Source of the DNA: Macrostomum lignano | Taxonomy: Eukaryota | Length of the DNA: 64,000 nucleotides | NCBI GenBank assembly: GCA_002269645.1 | Contig: NIVC01000013.1 | Span: 992,001-1,056,000, forward strand | Direction: 5' to 3' | In this document: positions 42,317-52,317 of the stretch, in pieces | Position numbering within the stretch: position 1 is the stretch's first letter | Layout: the number at the start of each line of letters is the position of its first letter | Translations under genes and position numbers: made by a program | The notes under the pieces: generated by a model | What the model was told of the DNA's origin: nothing | Database searches by the model: none | What the model saw: only the letters and a program-made list of their open reading frames with translations

Positions 42317-43924
42317 TCACATCTTCACTTCCACCTGCATGCCTCTGGCATCCGACAAGCCACCGCGGTTGCCCTCAAACAAGCGTTGCACCTTCGGCTT
42401 GACGTACTCTTTATCCGCGTCCTTCAGCGACTCTGGCAGGTGAGCCCCCTTCGTCTCGGGCAGGAGCAGCGCCAGAAAGGCCGTCAAGAGGCTGACGGAG
42501 GCAAAGATGATAAATGGCAACGGCTTCCAGACCTCGCCGAGGATGTTGATGAGTGGAGCGAGGATGCCGCCAACCCGAGCAGCGGTGGAGGAGCTGCCCA
42601 TGCCGACATTCCTCACCAGGGTGGGGAAAAGCTCTCCAGAGTAGGCCCAGCTCGTATCGAACGATGCAGTGGAAAAGAATCTGCCAGTGATGGCTAAAGC
42701 AACAACTAAAGTACCGAATTCCGGATTGCCAAGCAGAAAGGCGATGGTGAACATGCAGGCTGATGACAGAAAGTACACGAGACTGAAGAGTAACGGTCGA
42801 CCGATGATGTGAGCCGTGACGATGGAGAAGGCGGATGCTGGAACTCCGACGGCGCTGCCGAGCAGGAAGGTGAGATAAATGTTACCGGACAGGGAGCCGG
42901 TAGACAGGATGAGGCCGTAGTAAACCATGGACGAGGCGAAGAAGTTGTTCCACAGAAGCAGAGTCGGCATCCGCATGGTAGGCGAGCGGAGCAGATCGAT
43001 GAGTCCAGCGTTGGGGTGGCTGCCCTGCTGGTCAATGAGGGTGCGGCACACTCGCCGCACGTCCTCATCAAAGCAGGCGGGAGGCCGACGGCAGTTGATA
43101 CGGGCAATTCGCTGACAGACACGGTTGGCGTCGTCAGGTCGGTTTTTGGCGAGCAGCCAGCGAGGCGACTCTCCGAGCAGCAGGAGCAGCGGTATGGACA
43201 GGATGGCGGGGCCGGCGAGCGTGAGCTCGAGCTTCCAGTGGCTGCGGATGCCGAATGCGATGATGCTGCAGACGCAGAGCGCGATGTTCCAGCCGTTGGT
43301 TCCTAGGAGAACGGCGGACAAGCGGTAGCGCTGCGTGACGGACTCTGCCATCATGGCGTTGCACACGCTGAGGATGCCGCTGGAGCCGAGGCCGCAGAGG
43401 AAGCGCAACGCAGCGTACACCTCCACGGAGGGGCTGAAAGCGAGCGCGATGCCAGCGACCCACACATTGATGGTGGCGGCGCAGGCGGCTCTCAGACGGC
43501 CCCAGTGATCAGACAGAGCTCCGTAGCCCGTACTGCCAATCAGCAGGCCCAGCATGTACAGCGTGCTGCACAGGTTCACCAGCTTCTCTCTGCTGCACAC
43601 AAGCGAGAACTGCGACCTCCAACTGGACTCGAACGGGCCACTGGTGCTGTTGAACACCCAGACGTTGCAGGCCTCGCTTCCATTAAGTCTGTAGCAACGA
43701 TCGACAGCCGGTTCAGTCCAGTTGGACGCCACCTGCTGCTGCCAGGAGCTCGACGACTCGTTGCCGGACTCGGCGCACTGGAAGTCCATTCGGCCGGCCG
43801 TGAAGACGACGGCGACCGTTTGGAACGCGGCGAAAAACTTGACGAAGGACAGAACAATGAGGAGCAGGACCTGGTAGGGACCGCGGTCCCCGATCTCGGG
43901 TAAGATGTCGTCGAAGCGAGTCAT
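42317..43924 (-). CDS. SLC22-family organic cation/anion transporter (MFS), single exon, 535 aa
   Basis: MTRFDDIL..IGD.GPYQ start, large Cys-containing extracellular loop with N-glycosylation sites, SDHWGRL, ESPRWL, ELFPTLVRN, LLLPETKG..LP motifs; about 12 hydrophobic segments; uninterrupted ORF. Confidence 0.96.
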   Translation of the reverse strand: MTRFDDILPEIGDRGPYQVLLLIVLSFVKFFAAFQTVAVVFTAGRMDFQCAESGNESSSSWQQQVASNWTEPAVDRCYRLNGSEACNVWVFNSTSGPFESSWRSQFSLVCSREKLVNLCSTLYMLGLLIGSTGYGALSDHWGRLRAACAATINVWVAGIALAFSPSVEVYAALRFLCGLGSSGILSVCNAMMAESVTQRYRLSAVLLGTNGWNIALCVCSIIAFGIRSHWKLELTLAGPAILSIPLLLLLGESPRWLLAKNRPDDANRVCQRIARINCRRPPACFDEDVRRVCRTLIDQQGSHPNAGLIDLLRSPTMRMPTLLLWNNFFASSMVYYGLILSTGSLSGNIYLTFLLGSAVGVPASAFSIVTAHIIGRPLLFSLVYFLSSACMFTIAFLLGNPEFGTLVVALAITGRFFSTASFDTSWAYSGELFPTLVRNVGMGSSSTAARVGGILAPLINILGEVWKPLPFIIFASVSLLTAFLALLLPETKGAHLPESLKDADKEYVKPKVQRLFEGNRGGLSDARGMQVEVKM

Positions 43925-45098
43925 TGTGCTGGTTTCCCGTTTTTTGATTGAATCTATGGTAGCTAGATCTTGGTGCCTTTAGCTTAGCTTTAAGCAGCGA
44001 GTTTCTTATCGGGTGTCAAGTAGATTTGGTTCTGTTTTTCTCTTTGCTTATCCAAATATAATCTTTTTTGGCCTTGCCTGCTGCAGCACTCGACTGATTT
44101 AACGTTGAAGCTAGCAATGTTTTGTTTCCTTCTGACTATCTAGATATGAGTACGTTAGCTGTAGTATCTAAACTTTGCTGGATGTATCAGGCCTAATTCT
44201 AATTCGCTCACTTTGCTCGACAAGTCAATAAACGCAGTTTAGACTTTGTTTAGGCGTGCTTAGCCAAGCCTGTGGTGCGTTTTAATCTTGATCGGAGAAA
44301 ATATCTCTTTTTTGTTGATTGTTTACTTTAACAAATATATTAGATGCTACCGCACAACGAAAAACTATCGATTAGGTTTGAAATAACGACTTTTGCGGGC
44401 TATTTTTTGCGACAAAATAACAATTACAGCAGCTAACAATTTTATAATAAGCGCGAATTAGTTAGTTAAGTTAATTAGACACAACACCACAAACTATTCT
44501 GTAGCTATACTCGTAGATGGCAGGATTTCTATTGCAGAAAAGTCGCAAGTTTAGTCTAAGATTTACTCAAAGATATAAGCCAAAAGCAGTTTCTTAAACA
44601 AATTAGTTTAAAGCGCTGCAAAACAAAAACAAACACGAATATAAATATTATTTCATTTGCTGAATTGGACAAACCAAGTTCTAGTGATGTAGCTAGCTTA
44701 ATTAATAAATCTTTAAACGATGACAATAAGATTCGAGAAAAACGCTAAAATACTGAGAATAAGAGCGAAACACACTACAGAATTTTCTATCTTGCACTTA
44801 TAAGCCTGAAACCTTACCGAAAGTTAAAACCGCCGTAATTCGCCACTATGAACGTGGACAGCTAAACAAAGCTCTGTGCTGGGGCTTCTGGGTGCACTTT
44901 TGTTAAAGCGACAGGTGCCCTGAATTTGTTCGCGTGCGAAAAAACTGAGACAATAAGCGCATTAAAACAAAGGGTTCTGTTGAGATTTTCCTTTTCATTT
45001 TTTCTTTGGGGAAGGGGAAAAGTTTTTTTTCAAATCCGCAACGTCTTTCGAATTCTCCTGATGTTCAAAGATTCTCTGTGAAACTTCAGTGCTTCCTT

Positions 45099-45461
45099 TC
45101 ACTGCTTTAGCGACAAGTTTAGCGGCTCGTTCGATAAGCCATTGGTCACCTGCCGGATGTTTCCCGACACCTGATCCGGGTTAGCTGCAGCTTCAGACAT
45201 TGTCTTCATCATCAAGATGTTGGACAGTTGATTGTTTAACTGCCGTCCTCCAGGCATCTTCGAAGCGCCGTGTGTCGGTGGTGTCAGCCAGCGAAGCATC
45301 TCCGCCTGATGTTGCGGCTGCGGCGGTGGTGGCGGCGGCTGCGGCTGCGGCGGCGGTGGAAAGCCGAAGCCTGGTAGAAACGAGCCGCCTCCGTTCGACA
45401 TCAAGCTGGCGAATACTGCGGCACCCATAGATTGCTCCATCAGTTGGGCCATCTGCTGTTG

Positions 45462-45518
<57 letters not shown>

Positions 45519-47019
45519 CTGCCGGACACGTACATAGGGACTGTCGACCATCATGTTGCTCCATCTAGCCGTAAGGTCCTGATCCGAGCCTGGCAAACTT
45601 GGCGGCATCGACTGCTTCTGCTGATGTCGCATCGGCTCTTTCTTCTGTTTAATTTTAAATCGTAGGTAAGACCTTGTATCAAAGAGCGAGAGACTGAGAG
45701 ATCATTACATGGCTAAAGAAAGCGAAATAAGCGATTAGGAGATATTTGAGAATATACATACGAGCGTATTGGCACCTTAACTTACCTTACTAACTAGCGA
45801 CTGCTGCGGTGGACTACCAGAGCTGCCGCAGCCACTTCCACTGCCGCTTCCGCTGCCTCTGCCACTGCCGCTGCTGCAGCCTCTGTCGCCGCTACCGTTA
45901 GCACAGCTCGAGCGTAGCTCGTCGCTGGTTGAAGACAACTCAACGGTAGTGCCTGTAGCTGGTGAACTACCAGCTGCAGCACCGGAGAAGCCCGCTCTGG
46001 CGGCGTTAGCGGCTGCGGCGACGGCTGCAGCGGTGGCCGCCGATTGAAAAAGTCGACCAGCGGCAGCCATTGGACAACCGGAAAGGCTGATGCGGATCAA
46101 AAAGGCAAAAGGGGACGGGGGCAAGGGAGAGCGCACGGTGCTACTCACAGAATTATTTTTTTTGCGGACAGCGCATTTCAATTGAATGCAACTCTATCAT
46201 GGAAGATTCTAATTTAAATTATACTTATCTGCTTTGCCTGAACTGGGTGAAAACGAATTTCCTCAGTTATATGAAGGAGACAATGCAATTTGCACCCGAC
46301 AGCCAGCGAATGGAGCAAGTCTGCAGAAATGAATCTATGCAATTCCGCCTATGCAAATTTAATACGAGTTTATGTCTATCAATATAACTTGATCTATGCA
46401 CGTTGAATATAGTTTGGGTACCCATTCCCTTCTATTCTGCAATTTCGTGTTGTAAGAAGCCTCACCTGCGGTGCGTTGACCGACTCCCGTTGGTGTGCCC
46501 CTGACCGTTGCAACCGACTGTTGGGCAGCGCAGGGTGTTTGGCCTAATACCGAGCACTGTAAGTAGGGATGAAATTAAAAAGCTGTCAATTATTGGTTAT
46601 AAAGGTCGATAGGCTCTGATGGGACAGCAGTTGAACCATGAAAGTCCATTCAGCGAATTATCTGTGAGCAAAACTTAAAGGAATAAGGACTTACTCTCCA
46701 CTGTTCGCTTGTTCTTCCTTGGACAGCCGCTCAGACTTCGATGATGGGCGTAAAGTCCAGTCACGTGACCCGAACCGTCGCATCCGGGAGTAGGGCAGCA
46801 ATTCCGCAGCTGATGATGGTGCGACGGAGGCTGATGAAACGGGCTGTAATATAGCTGCTGCTGCGGCTGCTGATGGTGATAAACATTCCATCTGTCCGCC
46901 GCGTCCGATGACATTCTTTCGTCGGCTTCCGCCATCGGGGCGTCAGCTGCAGCAGCTGCCACCCTCTCAACAGTCTCCGCCTCCTCCGTCACCGCTGCTG
47001 CTGCCTGTGCCGCTGCCAT
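45099..47019 (-). CDS. Myt1/ST18-family CCHHC zinc-finger transcription factor, 4 coding exons, about 420 aa
   Basis: Exons 47019(ATG; acceptor also at 47066)-46695, 46556-46466, 46086-45786, 45644-45099; phases 1,2,0 compatible. Fingers [26 protein letters not shown] and [21 protein letters not shown]|LSGCP; poly-Ala, poly-Gln, poly-Pro tracts; C-terminal EPLNLSLKQ. Confidence 0.88.
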
Positions 47020-48619
47020 TGCGGCAGTCGGCAATGTCCTAAAGACAGCTCCTCTCTCACTGGAGCTGAAAGAATGCATAGACAGGATAGTAGATTAAAC
47101 GATGAGAAGGTCCTTACGAAGCATTCAGTTAGTTTACTTGGACAAGGAGGAACTGTCAGCATTACACAGGTGGCTTTGAAATGTTTTAATCAAGCAGTAT
47201 TGTCAAACGGAATTGTTAACTACGTATTAACGAATTAAAAAAACTTACACTTCTGCGGACGATGCAATCTCTGAAGCTCTAGAAGTTTTCATTAGCAGAT
47301 TAGATGTGCGATGCAAGCTCAGCAGGTTGTCGTTTTGCTTGGCTCCCCTTATATCTACTAGTGATGCCCAGCGACCGGCGTCCGCGCCCAGTTCTGATTG
47401 GGCTGCAGAGAAAAGTCGGGATTTCTTTAAAGCAAAAAATGCTCAAAGCAAAATTACTTGAAAAAAATCACCTGCGATGCGAAATGAATCTTCTGCCAAT
47501 TGGAAAGAACACAATCAAGCAATCGCTTCCGAAGCCAGCTATTTTAGACGGCTTTGATCACCGTAAATTATTGCGATACAACCGATTCTCTTCTTATTGA
47601 TAGCTCGCCCGTTTCCACCTGATCTTCCGAGAGTCTGTGCAGTGAAAAATCTGGGTGAAGGATTAGAGTTGATCTGGAATTCTATCGACCTAAAGCATTC
47701 CCTAAAGCGCATATTAGTTGCATGTGCTATAGTAAACCTGCATAGTGCCTAATCCGTCTCAGAATGGTGCGTCTGGCCCAGTCGGCTCGTGCCGAACCTC
47801 TGAGCGACTGCAGCAGGTACCCAGAGGCAGCCGGCTGTAGTCATTCAAGGCCAGGAGACGCTCTTTTCGAGTCAACGGCTCGACCTACAAGCTGTGGATG
47901 TTGATCAAAATTGCTTTGAAGTCTTACCTTAAGTAAGAATTGTCAAACTTCCACTACCAAACCTACGAGTATCACAGCCAATCCGCCGACAGCCAGTCTA
48001 GCTAGACGGCAGCTGAAGGCCTTCGCTGGGTCATCACCAACGTTATCGTGCTGCGCTGCCTGATGCCGACAACCCAACCGGACTTACTGGCAAAAATTTC
48101 ATTGTCGTTCACTAGATTTGATGTGCGCTTTAGGTGCGCTGTTATTTCTTTAATTTTGCTAAGCTCAGTGAGTTTAGCAAAATATGCAAAATCGCCTCAG
48201 TGTTGGCTGTTACGTCAGGGTGCTCACATACAATTTCTAATACTTTATAGTCGACTGCTGCATGAGCATCTCACTCGCTGGATCAGGCGTATGATCTCCC
48301 ACCAGACTGTCGTCTCTAACCTCCTTGGGGCCCTATACCGTTCGTTCAGTTCAGAAAGGAAGACCGGGAGGCGGTGTCCTCCAGCCGGTTCTCTGAAACC
48401 TTGTCATTGATGTGCAGCTCCATAGCCCTGGTACAAACATCCGGCTGAATGCATGCCGTCACTGCCTCCTGGCAGACCTCTTGCAGGGTTTTCTTATTCA
48501 CCACTCCGAAAGCTGGGCTCGTAGCCAGTAAAAACCATCGTGTGTAAGATCATGGCAGTCATATTCATCAGCAGAAGAAACTAGATGACCAAGCCGCTGT
48601 ATTTCTTTCTCCTCTCTCT

Positions 48620-49040
48620 GTCTATGGGGGTCTATGGCGCGTCGACACCGGAAGGGACCGGAGGGACATGTCCCCCCGTAAAAACTATGGGGGACATATC
48701 AATGCTTTGTCCCCCCACCCCACCTAGTGACCCCTTGTGGTAACCAATAATTTTTCTTCAGGGTGCCAAAATGAGTGCCTGCGGCGCCGAAAGGAGTGGC
48801 TGCGGCGCTAAAATGAGTGCCTGCGGCGCCAAAAGGAGTGCCTGCGGCGCCAAAAGGAATGCCTGCGGCGCCAAAAGGAATGCCTGCGGCGCCAAAATGA
48901 GTGCCTGCGGCTCTAAAATGAGCGCTGACAACACGATTCTCAAAATAATGGAAATGTAGGAATTTAGTCATGTACATGTACATGTTGAATTTCTGGCTTT
49001 GTCCCCCCCCACTATAAAATCCATGGCGACGACCCCTGTC
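48620..49040. mobile_element. MITE-like element with internal 21-bp repeats (AAAATGAGTGCCTGCGGCGCC, about 8 copies at 48765-48925)
   Basis: Flanked by the direct repeat CTGTCTATGG; GGGGTC/GACCCC ends; the internal array is clear, the termini are uncertain. Confidence 0.45.
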
Positions 49041-50202
49041 TATGGAGTTACCTTAGAAATAAAAAACCAGATGCCTCGTGTTTTGACCCTTGTGTGAGAC
49101 TTAAGGACCCTTCACGCCAATATAACCCCTCGAAGCCCTCGGGATGCTCGTGTGCAGATCCGCAGAACTTTTCGTCCAACTTTTGGCCCCTAGTCAACTC
49201 TGAGGGCTACGGCGATTGCATCGAAGAGCGAATTGGAAAGCTCTGAGATTCTAAAATCCTTTTTAAAAGCTTGCGAGACTTCTTGCTGGTCCTTTTGCTG
49301 CTGTTTGTTTAGAAGCGAACTTCAGTCATTTCAGCTCCGTAATATTTTTCAGTAGCCGATATTTTTTGCTTTAATTTTGCTTTACCATTTTCTTTGAGCT
49401 CAACAATTTTCTCGAAACTCCAAAGGCAAGACGCGTAAAAGAGCCGACTGGGAAAAAAAGGCCTAGCGGGTTGCCGAAAAGGAAAAAGCGAGGTAATGAG
49501 CCAAACAGTTTTTCCAAAATCCACCTGTCGCCCATGTCCATTCTTTTCGCTTATCCCACGGGTGGGATAATTTGCAGAGTTTATCGATCCTGCTATCAAA
49601 GGCTTTACCTTTTGCTAGATATCCAATGGGAGATATTTTCACCACGCAGGCAGCAAAGCCAAAGAAGACGTCTTGTACAGGTCCAGCTGAGCAGAAAAAC
49701 AACTTTTTGAGCATCAATTTTTGCAAAGAAAAGAAGCATGCAGAAAAGCTGAAAAGAGGGCTAAGCTTTGGTCTTTGACGGCAGTTTGATAATTGCAGCA
49801 ACCGTCAAGCAAACAGCCTTTGCCAAGGGGAGATCAGCTGGTGTGAGGAATAATGAAATAAGAAATAATTTGCCATCGATAGATTTCCAACTAGTTTTCT
49901 ATTCATCCGAAAATTGGGAAACTTTCCCAAAAAGGAAAAGCAGAAAGGAGAAAAGAGGGCCAGGGAAACTTGCAAAAGGAAAAACGGGCTGGATTGCAGG
50001 CAATTTCGCCAGCGCTTTCATTGTATTTGAGTTGTTAGCAAAACGAAACACATGTTGCCTATTGAGTGAAAATTGGCGAACATGAAAAGATGCTGGAATC
50101 TACAAAGATTCGGATGAGAGTAGTAGAGTGTTTATGATTCCGAGGTGCAAAAACAACTTCAGGCCATTTCCAGTTCTTGCCTACTTGTTACTTCCAAAAG
50201 CG

Positions 50203-50382
50203 TTAGTCGCCTTTCCTTTCGCAGGCTGCACGCATGGTCAGTCGTCTTGTCTGGTAGGCGACGCAGCACAGCAGCATCAAGACCGCCGCCACGGACAGGA
50301 AGACAACTGCGCCAAACAGAGCGAACTCTTCGGCCTCGTCCATCACGTCGTCGATGATATGGTCGCTGGATTTGTCCGCCAT
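50203..50382 (-). CDS. Candidate 59-aa single-pass membrane microprotein
   Basis: MADKSSDHIIDDVMDEAEEFALFGAVVFLSVAAVLMLLCCVAYQTRRLTMRAACERKGD*: acidic N-terminus, about 23-aa hydrophobic helix, CC, basic tail; local GC-rich exon-like composition. Confidence 0.5.
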   Translation of the reverse strand: MADKSSDHIIDDVMDEAEEFALFGAVVFLSVAAVLMLLCCVAYQTRRLTMRAACERKGD

Positions 50383-51239
50383 GTCTGTTGGACTTCGAGG
50401 TGTAGCTGAATCAGAGAAATCGGCCCAGATTTGGAACAGGAGAAGGCGGCGGTCTGCGAGCATCTTTAGGGCCGTTTGTGCACACGCGGGCGGGGTTTGG
50501 AATCGAGCTGTGCTGCCCACTATGCACGTCTCTTCTCGCTCCGTCTCTCTCCCTCTCTCCTCAGGTTCCTTCCCCCAATTTGACCTACTCAATTCCCTCT
50601 CTATCTTCCCTATCGCAGTCGCTCCGTCTCTCCCCTCTCGCGCTTAGAGTTGTTAACCCGAGTACATTCAGTGGGTGGGTGTACATTTCAATCAGATAGC
50701 AATTTTTTACTTGCGTGCAGCGTCAGATGGTGCTGAATGTACGAGCTCTCCTATCATGTGATTTATTAGTCAATGAAAGATTGTATGATACTCTACAGTG
50801 TGGTTTGTGTTTGATTTTCTTTGTCCATGCTAGACAAGCTTATTTTCATACTCTACTTATTACAAACATTATGTTCTGCTACCAATACTCTGTCTATATC
50901 AAACTACGCTCGTACGTTTTGTAAAGGAAAATTGTGCTTATCTGTCGAACTTACAAAGCTATTGAAAGCCAACTCCACAGCGTTTTAAACACTTACGCCT
51001 CTCTCTCTCTCTCTCTCTCTCTTCCACCTTGTTCGCACCTATCAATCATTCTGCATTGAGTGTGTGCCTTGCTATCAGTAGATAAAACTGACAATATTAA
51101 CCTGATACGCTTAGCCTAAACACAATGGTCTTTTCTAAAACCAGCACCGAATTACGAGCTATAGTGTTAACTTGATGTTTCGCGCGCTTTCAGTTCTACT
51201 TAGTTTAGTAGAAAGTAGAGGATACTTTTCTGTATTTTA

Positions 51240-51600
51240 CAAAACGTTAGCCCAGTGGTCCAGCGCGGCGCTCCGATGTGCCAGGGGCCCAGGCTCGATT
51301 CCAAGTGCAGTCACATTAATTTTATGGGCTGAATTGGAATCTCGGCTTGGCTCTACTCGTGCAATTAACGGCCTTGAGGGCCAACCCCCAAGGCACAGTG
51401 AAGTGTACATGCCTAACGATAGATAAAGTTAGGGTCGCTGTATAGTCCTATGTGAGTGTGTGCCTGCGTACGTATCCGCGCGCTTGTATGCCTGCCCAGG
51501 GGAGTCGGCGGAATGGGCAGCAATGTCTCTCGCCGGTTGTGCGACAATGTCGCTTAAAGTGCGCCAGGGTGCACACAGCCCCCTGTGAAGAATAAGAAAA
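51240..51600 (+). mobile_element. tRNA-derived SINE
   Basis: A-box TAGCCCAGTGG near 51248, B-box-like GGCTCGATTCC near 51292, then a non-tRNA body ending in GAAGAATAAGAAAA. Confidence 0.65.
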
Positions 51601-52082
51601 GGTTAGCTCATCCATCGATAGTTTCGATCGGGTTTAAAATTTCAATTCGAAATCAAATTCTGCGGACGGAGACTGTCGGCTGGCCATCTGAGCAAATATT
51701 GAAACACGGAGAGAAGGAAGTGAAGGAAGTGAGGATGGATGAAAACGCGTCCGAGGCAGCGGAGAGTAGGCGAAATGCAAATATGGCTTCCAACTGATGA
51801 AGATGGTGAGTCGCGTATTCTCGATGCGACTGGTATAATACTAAACTATATGGCAAATTATATAGTTTGCTCCGGAGAGCTGCATGAGAAATGAGGGGCT
51901 TCGATGCCGTTTCTCTCTCGTCTCTAACTCTCTCTCTCTCCCTTGGTCCTCCAGGGAGAGAGAGACGAACCAAAAATGAAGATTGAGAGAGATCGTAAAT
52001 TTCTCGAACTCTGGGCAGGGCTCGGGCGCAGCAGTTCCTTGCTCTGTGCGTGCTGGAGAGACTGCGCCAGCTCACCCTTCCT

Positions 52083-52084
<2 letters not shown>

Positions 52085-52122
<38 letters not shown>
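52085..52122. repeat. (CT)n microsatellite
   Basis: Read directly; shorter (CT)n runs occur near 51000 and 51930. Confidence 0.9.
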
Positions 52123-52125
<3 letters not shown>

Positions 52126-52317
52126 CCCTCTCGCCACCGAAACCCGATTGCTTCTTTATGGATTTCTCTTCCCAGGGGGTCCGGGACCACTGGGAGTTAA
52201 CAACTGGATTAGAGGTATAATCAATGTCCATGTGGCTTATGCGAGTTTTCATTTTTTAAGTTTTAATACCATCAAGAACTAGTATCTTACAACTGCTTCT
52301 TCTTCACAACCTTGATC

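Noticed and set aside
42386-43903. Several plus-strand and alternate-frame ORFs over the SLC22 gene
   Set aside because: Shadow ORFs of a GC-rich coding sequence.
48250-48560. Minus-strand coding-like stretch (ATSPAFGVVNKKTLQEVCQ...)
   Set aside because: Short, ends in a stop, no start or splice context and no family motif I can recognise.
49040-49310. Possible exon bounded by AG and AAG|GTAACT on the minus strand
   Set aside because: The frame I translated from the acceptor closes early; at most a non-coding leader exon, which cannot be supported without RNA data.
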